Assembly (NCBI RefSeq): GCF_964355755.1
Contig: NC_092673.1
Span: 23,061,648-23,125,647, forward strand
Direction of reading: 5' to 3'
Origin: Antedon mediterranea
Lineage: Eukaryota; Animalia; Echinodermata
DNA: 64,000 bases
Numbering within the stretch: position 1 is the first letter of the stretch; every line of letters starts with the position of its first letter. The notes under the pieces are model-generated. The model searched no databases and was not told the origin of the DNA. It worked only from the letters and a program-made list of their open reading frames with translations. Of this stretch, positions 14,698 through 26,979 are shown in pieces. The position numbers and the translations under genes are program-made.

Positions 14698-15312
14698 TAT
14701 ATACAAAAATGTAGACCTAGTATACGAGGTAAAGAATCGCACTGCAAATATTCTGCCGTGTGAATCGTTTCCTAAGAGAATTATAGTCATCTGGCCAATT
14801 ACCACCCACTTAAAATCAGTATGCGCATAATTAGAAAATGCGTCGACCTTTGGGAACCTGTTGCACCATGACGTGTGTTTCGAACGCGTCAACAAAACGT
14901 CAATATTAATTTGTTGGACAAATAGCAACGTACTTATTGTTTGTGTTAATAAACCTATCTTACAGTTGGCGCCGTTTATTCCCATACGACATTAATGAAT
15001 GTTATTGTTGATGAATTTTGCTTTTGTTATATTTAGTAGGCCTACTGCAATACATTAATATTAATAGGCATATTACCGTTCAAGATTTCATTCCACGTGT
15101 CGTAGGCCTATGTGTTTTTGTCTTTGGCGAATTTATTGAATGGAACAAATTTGTTTCAATGCGTTGGGTGATTAGGCCTTAAACAATGTTTATATAATTT
15201 TACGAATACCGTCCAAAACCCTCCCCATCACCCTACATCATCCCTCCCCAAGTACGAAGGTAGAAACTCGGGGAAACATAAAACGTCAGTAAAAACCGGT
15301 GACCAATATTGT

Positions 15313-15385
15313 GGAGCACTGTGGTGCAATGGCTAGAGCATTGGACTTGCAATCAAGAGGTTGATTGCAAATCCGTTGAATTTGT
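15313..15385 (+). mobile_element. Degenerate tRNA-derived SINE head
   Basis: A-box-like TGGTGCAATGGCTAGAGC followed by TGGACTTGCAATCAAGAGGTT and a decayed B box. Confidence 0.4.
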
Positions 15386-15964
15386 ACATGTGTAAAAAAA
15401 AATTGGTTTTTTTTTGTGTCGCCGTGTTTGCCATATAAATCATAAATTTAATTAACAGACCTACATTAATAATATTTCTAAAATAGCCTCTTATCCTTAA
15501 TAGATTCTCCAATATTACGCCTACTGTCATTTTCCTTTGCAAGTAAAATATTTGTGAAATAAAATGTTGTGCCGCGTGCAGCAACTAGACTGCCATAAAG
15601 AAAACGATGATTTAGATTCACGTCAGGTCAATAATAATTGTTTCTGAAAGGATGAGTGTGTATACTTATTAAAAGTATAATGACGCCAGCTTCAAGTTTA
15701 TTATACTTTATCCGTCGATTTTGAAGACACAAAATACGAATTTATGTTTCCGTGATGACACCTGCATGTTCTGGTGAACGTCAACTTAACTTTAATTGGA
15801 AATGCAAGTTTGGTAGTTCTATCGGTTTGTCGTGTAGGCCTACCGTGTTGGACAGTATTTTGAGATAAAGAATGCGTTATACGTCGTGACATAATCATTA
15901 AAGACACAAAGGTTTGCTGTCAAAACTCATTTAGAAACTGTTTAAATTTACGAAACAATGGACA

Positions 15965-16090
15965 ATAGTTTGACAAAAATAGTGTGATGTGCCCAAATAT
16001 AGGACTGATATTCCCAAATATGGTAGTGATATGACATCATCAGGACCATTTAGGCACATCACATTTTTGTTTGTTAGTGTAGACAGAGCT
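15965..16090. mobile_element. MITE family A, partial copy
   Basis: Shared internal sequence and right TIR GTGTAGACAGAGCT|TTA. Confidence 0.6.
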
Positions 16091-19021
16091 TTAGCCTATC
16101 GACTCGTTGTTATAGTACGGTATTGAGCTATTGTTTACGATACTGTGATACCCACCGAGTCGCGTATCTTGCAGTCTAACTGACCTTCCCCGTCCCACAC
16201 TTTCATACATGCGTATAGGATTCCTCTGCTAAAAAAATGAAAGCCAGCTTTCTTGTCGATGAATAGCTAATATAGGGATTTACACCTGGCCTCCTTCAAG
16301 ACACACCATCACCGTCGGACAAAAAGTGATTACTAATACTATAAATATACCGAAGATCCTATATTCTAATTTTCCATTTCTAGAGGCCTAGATGGAACCC
16401 ACAGATTTACTCCTGACCACTTTCAACACACACCATCACACCGGCAAAAATCGATTAATATTAACATACCGAACTTGGTAATCCTATATTAGATTTTCCA
16501 TTTTTAGAGGCCTGGATGGAACCATTGCACGATGCCTTCATTTCCGAGGATCTTACCTGGATTTGAAACCTAACCCGATAGATCACTTTCAGTCCCATAA
16601 ATTTAGTCCAGAAAATGTTAATTTGAAGTCACAAGGAACATTATTGCTAAATTGGAAACACGAGTTTGACACATACACAGGAAATCGGATACAACATAAT
16701 TTGTCCTGAATCACAAATCATCTTAAAAAGATATAATAGACATAGCCTATTTTTGGCCCAAACTATTTAACAATTTAATATTATCTGCCGTGTCCATGGC
16801 AAGGTTTATATTTAATTCTGTACAGTACAGTATATTATATACATTCGTAAAATAATGGGTTTTTTTCTCCACTGGGTCTTGCCAAGAACTGTATTCCGTC
16901 TTCAGATAGAAGTTAGTCAATGGTATCCTTTTTCATGAGGATGCCTTGGGCTTATTAGCTTTAAAATGTCACAGAAAGCGACCTTACACTGTAGTCGTGC
17001 ACGCGCGAATTTGCACCCCTTTCAAATTTCCAATAATCGATTAGAATGTATCTATAGGCCTAATATCGAATAATGTTTTACACGTACGGAAACTTTGATT
17101 ATATACCATGGAAGAGATTACTTAAATTCCTCCATGATTTATATACGAACACTTGTTCTTAGATGGTAATAGCCGAAACAAATATCGTAAGCAATCGCGC
17201 AAGCATAAGTGATGATGTTTCGTGTTAGGCCTATAGAACCGTATCTTGCATGACGTATTTTTTAAGGATTTCCATGACGCCAAATGTGTAGCTAGGCTTA
17301 TACAACCATCAGATATTACAACAACCAAGGCTAATTGTTCTCGGTGGGCCAGCAAACAATTAGGTTAAAATCATTCATGTTTGGAAACATACGGAGGTAA
17401 TATGCAACATGACCTAGAACCGTAGACTGGCAAGTCCGTTGTGGGCCTACATGTAGATTACTTTAAAATATATTTCACCTCATTTTCACGACGAATCACA
17501 AAAGTACAGAAAAGTTAGTTAGTTAACAGTATTTAATTTATGTTCAAAGATGTATTTTTCCCCTTGAAAATGGAATTTGTCACTTTAATGTCACATAATA
17601 GTTATTCACTTTGACCAAAATGGGCATGTCCATGGTAGTGTAGCACATCATATTTGATAGTGAGACATAGCTTAAGATACAACAGGCTTATTGGTATAGA
17701 ATTCGTGGGTAATTTAGGTCGGATTTGGGTATCATCGGCTGAAAAGCTTAATTAAATTTCCCACTCGGTACCGCTTGTTGATTGCCTTGGTTGATCACCC
17801 CATCGCCTTAACGTTGCCTGGCTTTTAAGTCACACTCTCCAATATCCGTCCTAATGACTATTCTAATTACTGAATGCCCACGCCTTGTAGGTTTGTAAGA
17901 ATGAGTTAAATATATTAATGTATAAACTAAAAAGCATCTTATCCAACCTAAATTCAAATTAGAGAATTGCAATAGCCCATACTTCTAAAAATACACAGCT
18001 ATAGGTCTATAGCTATAAGATGTGGTCTGTCGAAAGACAAATTAAAACAGTTTCGGAATTGAGTTTTAGTGAATTGAATTTGTTCAACGCCTTTAAGTAC
18101 GACCCCTGCCCTTTTTATTTTACCTCATTGCTGTACGGTAAGTAAGAGCCCGGATAAAATTACGGAAAACACATTTTGAATTCTGCCAACGGAGTTTCCG
18201 TCTAGTGGATTTTATAGTAGATATGCATTACCATGATGACGTGTCTGACTGTAGGCATTATGCAAATTGACGTTAGTGTCTCATACATTGCATTGTCTCT
18301 ATTTAAGTGACAGATAACACATGGGGGTAAATGTTATGCCTCCATGGATAACATAACATTAATATCAACAACTCTCGCAAAAAATATCTGTTCTTTTCAG
18401 CTTTTTTGTCCCCCACAAAGCATTTGTCATACTGCAGTGTGGTTTTTCAGTTTTTTTTTATAAGAGTTGGTTAAGGAAACATCACATAATGTGCGTTGTG
18501 AAGATAATATAAAGAATGAGCGAAAGTTTTCATTATGTCGAATTTATAAAATATATGTAAAACAATCATCATCAAAATAAGCTCCTCGAAGCCCCGGGTA
18601 TACAGCCATCACCCCCGCCCTATGTCCGTGGCCTATTTCTTTGGTTTTATAGGAAGGAAATTAATGTATTTGTTTAATTATTCGAAATGATTTGTTTGTG
18701 CTTCCTGCTTTATTGTTCATCATTAATACCCTTGAAAATGATTATGAACCAAAAACACCGATACCACTCATGGTTTCTCAAATATCTCTTTTACGACAAC
18801 GTAATACCAATGGCCCTAAATCATTCGTACATAATTCGTTTACGGTATGGGTCCAGATATCCAAGTAAGAGTAAAGCATGGAGATAAGGTCAAAGGTTGG
18901 GATGGATTAAATCTCACACAGTTTAAAGACCCTTTTTATGGTACTTCCATGAGTGCTATATGCTGTTTATTTGAATACGTAAAATGTATGTTAGGCTATT
19001 ATTATGTAGGCTATCCGATAG

Positions 19022-19261
19022 AAATTGCGGTTAATGGGTGCGTTCGGGCTTAGAATTGCGGTAAACCCTTCTGGAGAAACGCGTCAATGGGTGCGTTCGG
19101 GCTTACAATTGCGGTAAACCCTTCTGGAGAAACGCGTCAATGGTTGCGTTCGGGCTTAGAATTGCGGTAAACCCAACTGGAAAAACGCGTGAATGGGTGC
19201 GTTCGGGCTTAGTGGTAAACCCTCCTGGAAAAACGCGTCAATGGGTGCGTTCGGGCTTAGT
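19022..19261. repeat. CpG-rich ~53-bp tandem repeat, about 4.5 copies
   Basis: Unit AATGGGTGCGTTCGGGCTTAGAATTGCGGTAAACCCTTCTGGAGAAACGCGTC. Confidence 0.9.
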
Positions 19262-19881
19262 AACTGGTTGGTTCCTATCCACCAAAGTAGCGATAACTGT
19301 GCCCGTGAAACAAGCTTAGCGAGTAAATTCTACAGTACACTAAAGTATAGACTGAAAGAAAAATACATTAGCCTAGAGATAAAAATTCCGTTACATTTAT
19401 TTAAATCTAAAAAACTTTAAAAAAGTACGCATTATGAATTCAAATTAATACATTTACGTGCGACATTTGTAATAATAATTATAAAAAAGTACAGTAACTA
19501 CATTTTCAGCAATTTTTAGTAAACATAGTAAACATCGCATTGTTTTACAAGAGTTTTATTGCGATGCCATATACTTGTTTGTACTTTTATGAAAGACATT
19601 GAACGTTATCAGCAGATAGTTTTGAAATCAAGCAGTGGAGAGACAGGGAGAGAGAAAGTGGGATAGGAAAGAGACCAACATACCTCCACTCCTCCCGAAG
19701 TATAATAATATGGTATTACACTTTATAGTCTTTCAATTGAGAAATACAGTAGTGTTCATCTCTCGCCAGAGGACACTCTGTTGTTGGGTCTCGAAAGAGT
19801 TCTAACTATGAATGAAAAAATATTGTTACAAAATAATAATAATATATAAATTATGGCCAATAATAAAGATCTAAATCGATT

Positions 19882-21192
19882 TTAAAATTCTTTATCATAC
19901 TTCATCCACGTGTAGTTTTGTCCCGTTACTTCTACAAGCCATTTATCGTAAGGTTTATAAAATTCTCTCAATTTTTTCAAAACTTTCGGGTCAATATTAG
20001 GATGTTTACGCCCTTTTACTTTTGGCATACATGACTTTTCTGGTTTTGATACGCAGTAAAAATGCTTCTCTTCGTCAAAATAAAAATTGTCTCTAGAAAA
20101 ATAACTGTTTACACCAATGAAATCCTCAACTTTTTGAAGAGCTGGTACGGGATCTTTAATAAACGCATCGCCATCTATAATTAATATTTGGTTACGCGGA
20201 AAGTATTCCATCCACCGCAAGATATGAACCACATAAATTCCACTATCCACAATTGCGTTTGTGCGTACTACGTCACCATTTTCGTCAACTACGCTATCCT
20301 CAAACGTTTCACCCAATTTAGAATAAATATTCAATCCAGCTCTTTCTATGTTTTGTTTGTCTATTCTTCTATGAATGTTTCTTATTGCCTCCATCTCAGG
20401 GGATAAAGATGGAGTTAAACGGTCCTTTCGCTGTCCCTCCACCTTCATTCGTGCACGTGATTCGTCCTCGTGAACATAGTCTGAGATAGCCCTCGTCACT
20501 GGATCACGTACAATAATAATTATTTTCACGTTCGGAGATATGTCGTCGCATATTTTTCTAGGGACATCTGGATATATAAAATATTTGGGCGTTTTTTCCA
20601 TTACTTTCTGTTTGGATGTGGCATAAGGTAGATTGTCAAAGTACCATTCTATACCAAGAAAGTATCTCACGTCAAAGTAATGCAATTCAAAATGACTTGC
20701 AATAACATCTGGGTGAAAGCACAAAAATGATTTCAATGCACTGGTTCCCGCCTTTTTCACGCCGACAATCAAAGTATCTGGAAGACGTTTTTCACAGCCC
20801 CTCTTCTTGCGTAACTTGGGCGATACCGGCTTCATCCGCGCACAATCGCGCGTCTGATAACATTGATTAGCGTTTGGATCATCGTCCGGCTCTTTCAACT
20901 TCTTCACCGGTTTTGATTTAGGTTTATTCAACTTATTATTAGTTCTTTGGAAATGAAATGAAGTGTTTTTTGGTGCAGTCACCACTGGTTGGTCTGCCGC
21001 GTTAAGCTCCTGTAATTTACGCTCGTGGATAGGTTTCTGGACAGCTTGCTGCTGAGGATAGTCATTCTGTAGCTTGAGTAAACTCTTCTTAAACACAAGC
21101 AAAAACAGGCAAACTGTCGTCATAACCAGTATAGGCCTAGTTTTCTTGCCAATTCTACACAACTTTCTGGCATTATAAGTAAAGGCTGACAT
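19882..21192 (-). CDS. HS3ST: Heparan sulfate glucosamine 3-O-sulfotransferase-like Golgi sulfotransferase (436 aa, single coding exon)
   Basis: N-terminal type II anchor (ILVMTTVCLFLLVF). 5'-PSB LPDTLIVGVKKAGTSAL, then ELHYFD and EKTPKYF. 3'-PB IVRDPVTRAISDY. C-terminal FYC...C..KVKGRKHP. Probable splice acceptor before 21330 and upstream donor at ~24121. Confidence 0.92.
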   Translation of the reverse strand: MSAFTYNARKLCRIGKKTRPILVMTTVCLFLLVFKKSLLKLQNDYPQQQAVQKPIHERKLQELNAADQPVVTAPKNTSFHFQRTNNKLNKPKSKPVKKLKEPDDDPNANQCYQTRDCARMKPVSPKLRKKRGCEKRLPDTLIVGVKKAGTSALKSFLCFHPDVIASHFELHYFDVRYFLGIEWYFDNLPYATSKQKVMEKTPKYFIYPDVPRKICDDISPNVKIIIIVRDPVTRAISDYVHEDESRARMKVEGQRKDRLTPSLSPEMEAIRNIHRRIDKQNIERAGLNIYSKLGETFEDSVVDENGDVVRTNAIVDSGIYVVHILRWMEYFPRNQILIIDGDAFIKDPVPALQKVEDFIGVNSYFSRDNFYFDEEKHFYCVSKPEKSCMPKVKGRKHPNIDPKVLKKLREFYKPYDKWLVEVTGQNYTWMKYDKEF

Positions 21193-21509
21193 GATGATTC
21201 ATAAAAATAATCGCTGTTCGTCAGCTCGTATAAACTTGTGATTTACCAAAACAAATATCATGGAGTTTTGACAATACTTGTAAATTGTGACTTGTAGTCA
21301 TGATATGTTGATGTCGGCGATAACTTGCACCTACAAAATATACAAAGACATGATTTACAAAGTTTACAATGTTTTAGCAAGAAATAATAATAACAGTATT
21401 TAAAATAGTTTAATTTAAATTCGTCTTTGTCTAAAAAAAAATAAAGACCTGATTCACAAAAGGATATGTTCACAAAATTAAGAACTGAACGTTTGGCATT
21501 TCATACTAA

Positions 21510-21638
21510 AGCTCTGTCTACACTATCAAACTAGTTTGAAAAAAAAAAGTTCGATGTACCCAAATATGGTTGTGATGTCTCAAATATGGTAGTGATATGA
21601 CACCATCATGTCCATTATGGGCACATCACGTTTTTTTG
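21510..21638. mobile_element. MITE family A, partial copy
   Basis: TAA|AGCTCTGTCTACACTATCAAACTAGTTTG start. Confidence 0.65.
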
Positions 21639-21639
21639 T

Positions 21640-21930
21640 TCTATAGCAAGTTTCCATTCACTATTGTTCTTGAGAAACAATGCTCTGCTATAGCTAGTTT
21701 CAATCCTTCCCACCGTGTGAACTTGCCATTGTTTCTGGCTTTCACACCAGTCCCACCCTTTCCACTTATATTCCGAGTTTCCTGGACTTTATGCATTCTC
21801 ACTCCTGAGGACGATCAAAGTATATTGATCGAAACGTCGAGAAACTCAACAGTTCTTTTCAGAACTAATACACGTGGTGTACCGCAAACTTTATATCAAC
21901 ATTGATTTCGCCATGCAAACCTTCAAAAAA
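21640..21930 (+). mobile_element. Penelope-like/retrozyme terminal-repeat remnant
   Basis: Contains a hammerhead motif. An inverted related copy lies at ~29200-29430. Confidence 0.5.
21802..21841 (+). ncRNA. Minimal type I hammerhead ribozyme motif (Penelope type)
   Basis: CTC-CTGAGGA-C-GATCAA(agtata)TTGATC-GAAA-CG-TC-GAG: both core boxes, a 6-bp stem II, a palindromic ACGT stem III and a CTC/GAG stem I. Confidence 0.6.
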
Positions 21931-24891
21931 TATAAGATCTGGTACAATTATCCATCTACATTTTTTCCATTGAATCATGAACTGCTGCAGTAACATCATC
22001 AGTCAATCGGTATAAAGTTGAGCATAAGATTTAAAATATAGTTAGTCAATGCTAAAATCTTCGAAATATTAATACTGATTGTAAATAAAACAATATCGAA
22101 AATTTCTCAACGATATCACTTCTTTAAAGTTGGCTGGCATAATATTATCGTACGTGACAGTTGGCTATCGCAGGACCCGTAGGAAAACAATCGTAGCTAT
22201 AGTTTAACCCTATGCATATATACAAAGATATCGAAATGGAAATGGATGAGATTTAAATGTATACACTTTGTTTTTAAAAAAACAAATCATATAAATCCAC
22301 TGGAGCTCTTGACTAATTTACTATTTGTTATTATTACAAAATAGGATCAATTTACACTGTGTTAATTTGTTGTCTACTAAAAGGTTGCGTCTTAGCTCAG
22401 TGTCAGACGGTTCATTTGTGAAAAGTGTTCTCAGTGTTTTGAGCAGTGAGTGGGTAGGTCTACAATAGACTTGCCCCAAGTCTGTTTTTATTGTCTTTTC
22501 TTATTTATTTTATTTTATTTCGATTTTTGTCTGAAAATATCCAAGCTCAAGTATACGTATGAAACGCCATATGTGCCAAAATATTTATCTGTTTACTAAT
22601 ATTAAGACAAAACTCCGTCTGGGAGGTCTACAATTACGAAATACATTTTATAGAATGGAGACATTTTATTATGTACTTCAACGCACAATAATCGTAGCTG
22701 AGTGGTGCTAAAAAAATGAATTTGAAGATTAGGCCTATGTGTATAAACAATAAAAATGTTTTTACCATTATTTTGTCATTCATTTATTGATTTTAATCTT
22801 TTTTACAGACAAAAGGCCTATTTACACTTTACAACAACTATCGACGATAAATAGGCATTTTTCAAGCTCAATTTTTCATCCTATGATAACCATAACCATC
22901 TACGATTCTTTTGATGAAAATAATATTTTCACACGTCCAATCAATAATATCGTGACAATACAACGATTTTATTGTTTTTATTAATCATGACATCATTTGA
23001 TTGGGTTTAAAAAAAATATTATTTTTTATCAAAGACAGCATAAATGATTATTCTATAGTTCTTGAAGGAAAACCTGTTTAATTTCTTTTGTTTTATGTAA
23101 GAAAATGCATGCTTATCTATTTATCGTCGTATCGTATCGTTCTAGTGTAAAATAGTTTTAGTGTCATCATGGAGGTATGTGTCATAATGTTCGTTCGTCT
23201 GTTGTATTTGTATTCTGAGCATGGATCCCGGCATGCGATGGATCCTATAAATTATATTTATAGGTACATATTCTGAGCCTCAATTATTTGTCCTATCCAT
23301 TGTTGGGGCAATTTTCTATGTAAGTTTGATAAAGTGTGTGCGGTTGTTTTAAAGAGTATACAGTAGGAAAGTATAAGATTAAGAGGAAGTCATTTACTGG
23401 CTGTTGTCTTTGTATCTCTCAAGGTTCTTTAAAAAGTGTCTTCCGATACACAATCAGTAAGAATATATATCTACAGGCTCTGCAATTGTTATTATCCTCA
23501 TAAGTTTGTACAAGTCTGAGACATATTGCCAACTAAAACGTGTATTCCTCATTATGTTCTCTGTAGACTTAGTCTCTATATTATATCCTTACATTTTCTT
23601 TAAGCATCAGGATAGATATTTCTAATCTAACAAAACAAGGGCTCGTTTGTTAATATATCTTTTTTCTGCCATTAATATACCGTAAATCTTCTAATAGTAA
23701 TCCACACTCTAAATAGTAACCCTCTTCTAATAGTAACCCACTCTAAAAAACAATCAAATAATAATAATAACCCAGGATTACAATTATTAAAAAGATTTAC
23801 GGAAATTTAGTAAATATAAATAATGTATTGATTAATTCGGCTCTTAGAATAATAATGTGATAGGCCTACTTATTATAGGCTAAGTTGTGGGTTTTTATAT
23901 CATTATTGGCCCTATTATTTTTTTACTATTTTCATTTGGAAATACAATGTAGTCTACTATCCTCCTACTCTGTAATGCAAACAGGTATCTTAGTTTTAAA
24001 TGGAAAAAAAAATAGGTTCCAGATGATCAACCCCACAGGGTGTATACCCTAATTACGCCTATTATAATGCATGGTCCAACGCGCTCCTGTCAAGCAGATA
24101 AATAAAATTTCATGTACTTACCTCTGACCAAATTATTAGGTTATCGAATTGTGATGTTTTTATTAGATACTGTACTGTAGTATAACCTGTATGGTCGTCA
24201 CATTTTTAATGTATGTCAAGCTTAACGATGTTATACATCTTAACCTTATACCACAATTTAACCGGTTACAAGAACATGACCTTTCATCGACTAGTCCATT
24301 AAAAAAAGAGGTGTAGAACAAAAAAGATTTTATAGGTTTGCTAAAACAACACCGATATTTTTGTGGTACAGTCCAAAAATGTATTAGTGAGGGCGTTTTT
24401 AGTAACTTTTATTAAACAATTTAAATCAAACTAAACTCAAAATAAATGTCTTTTCCATTTCAGAATTGGAATAAAATCAAACCAAAAGAATATTAGTTAA
24501 TTAAATGATTTTAATTTTATTAAAGTATAGGCCTATTGTGTTCTGAAATCAATTTTTGAATGATGAATAAAAGCCATAGGCGTAGTTTGGACATGGAGAG
24601 CATGAGTAGGAGCACTTTTAGACTTTAATATAGTCTCTAATTTCACGCAAAATATATAAAACAATTGCTATGCGAATCGTGTTATTATATAAAGCTTTGT
24701 TGTTCCCACTTGCGACGCAACGTAACGCAACCTACAATTATTGCAATAACAATACAGCACTTTTCGTCGATACGTCATGATGCGTTTTAGTGGGAACCAC
24801 GCTTTAAGTACGTATTGAATAACATGTGCGTAGGCCTACGTATTACGTAATACTTGGTTCCCACTTGAGACGCAACGCAATGTACCGGTAA

Positions 24892-25070
24892 AGCGTGGTT
24901 CCCACTAGCGACGCAACACAAGGACGTAACGCAACGCAAGTGAATTGACCAATCACAAGCGATGGCTTATTCGCTTGTGATTGCTAACTGTCTATAACTT
25001 CGCCTGTCATTGGTTAAAACGCTTGCGTTGCGTTTACGTCCTTGCGTTACGTTCTAGTGGGAACCAAGCT
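24892..25070. mobile_element. Harbinger-like MITE family B
   Basis: TIR AGC(G/T)TGGTTCCCACTAG. Near-identical inverted copy at 33068-33246, with decayed pieces at ~90-195, 8760-8795 and 24692-24880. Confidence 0.75.
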
Positions 25071-26539
25071 TCAGTGGTTTGACCAATCAAAAGCGATTAA
25101 AAGCGTTAAAATTATATACACAGTATACCATATAAAATGTATACATTCGTCACTTTTTCATTAAACAGGGATATAAATTCAGTATAATTTAATCATTATT
25201 ACAAATAACTTCATCATATTATTATTTATTATAGATATTTTATAATTCTTTACATAATTACCAACATTTGTAGAAACAAAATATTAAATTAATAACATTA
25301 GTTTTATTATATATATTCTCTACATATTTGATTAATTTACTTTAAAAAAACAGGTTATATGTTACTAGGATGCAATGCAAGCAGAATTTGACCAATCACA
25401 AGTGATGGATTATTCGACAGTCGCTTGTCATTGAGTCCTAGTGGGAGTGTCTAATGAAGATAAAGTCAAAGGGATAATATATTTATTTGTTTTTATGAAT
25501 ACTGCATAAAAAAAAACTAAACTATTCATGCATGACCCAAAATGTGTTGTTTCAACGTATACAGTAGTTACAGGACGTAAACTGCACAAGAGAGTTTTTT
25601 TAAAAGTGTATCGCCTATTATAAAATAAAGTTATGATTACCGGACACCAGTAACATGGACCTCAAAAGCATACACTCTTCTATCTATGACTTTACTTTCT
25701 TACAATTTGTAATACTTATTTTTCCTAATCATACAGAAAACTAAACATTATACATAAATACATTTTTTATTTAAAATGTTCTCAATTTAGAACTCTGGAC
25801 ACCCTTGGGCTTAACGACCGAAATTGTTTGTTTCCAAGAAAGGCTGGTTTAAGGGCAATTTTTTCACATATTGGGTAATAAAGATCCCGGTTTTCAGGGA
25901 ATCTACAGTAAAGAGGAGCGCTGACTGTATCATATTAAAGGTATTACACAAGTGACATCAAACTAGTTTTAAAAGGGAAACAATAAATACATTCACAAAT
26001 CACATGTTATCACTATAACATGTTATCACTATCACATGTTACAACTATCACATGTTATCACTATAACATGTACAGTAACAACTATACAGTATCATTATTT
26101 TTTTTTAAAGTAGAATAAAATTATTATTTGGTCTCTCTGAACACAATTGCATAAACATAATATATGCCACGTATCCATTTTAAAATAATATGTTGTGTGA
26201 ATAAATTAAACTTCAAATTACATTACGCATGGTTTAAAAGCTAATCACATAACCTAGCAAACCTTTGAAGTTTACAAACACAGGACGCACAGCATACAAA
26301 ACTCTAGCATTGACGGCCAAGTGTGTGGAAACTCAAATTTTACTATGGGATGTGAAAGGGTGAAAGGGTAACACCATTACTGTACTGTACACTCTAAAGT
26401 GTTGGTCCATGTACTACTCAATTTACCTACTGGTATGGCAAATTCCTTTCGACTTTAAGTATATATTTCTTTAATTCATATGAAATCTGTTTTCAAAGCT
26501 CTTGCATTTTCTTAATTAATAACATGTAATTTTACTGTA

Positions 26540-26812
26540 ATTGGTCAGATGTTTGCCCTACTTTGACGTAATTTGCATACCAAGTACATTGAGAATAATT
26601 TTCGGGTGGGACTCGAACCTACGACCTCCAGATCACTAGCCTGGCGTTCATACCTCTAGACGACCGATGTTGTGCTGACGGCTAGGAGTTAGATTTGGGC
26701 ACAAGTATTAAGCAGCAGGTACTGCACAAACAGGATTGTAATTGTTTGTAACTAAGTTAGAGTAGGGCAAACATCTGACCAATAACTCAACACCCTGACG
26801 CAAAGCTACTCC
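26540..26812. mobile_element. TIR-bounded repeat carrying a tRNA-like segment (26603-26672, -)
   Basis: Inverted repeats ATTGGTCAGATGTTTGCCCTACT / AGTAGGGCAAACATCTGACCAAT enclose, on the minus strand, GGTCGTCTAGAGGT...GGTTCGAGTCCCACCCG (A and B boxes). A related arm lies at ~6058-6140. Confidence 0.55.
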
Positions 26813-26979
26813 ACAAATGATTTTACTGTGTTAACAGAATTGTTAGGAATGTATAACATTTTGAAATCCAGAGAAAACTCACTTTTTGAATATTAATAAT
26901 ATTTATAAAGGATGGACATTTTCAAGTACAATATTGTTGTTATATCTCACTGCCGATTAGCTGTTGTTCATTGCATGCT

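Noticed and set aside
20188-20406. + strand ORF inside HS3ST
   Set aside because: Antisense shadow of the real CDS.
26603-26672. Functional tRNA gene
   Set aside because: The acceptor stem and arms look degenerate and it sits inside a repeat, so it is treated as tRNA-derived.
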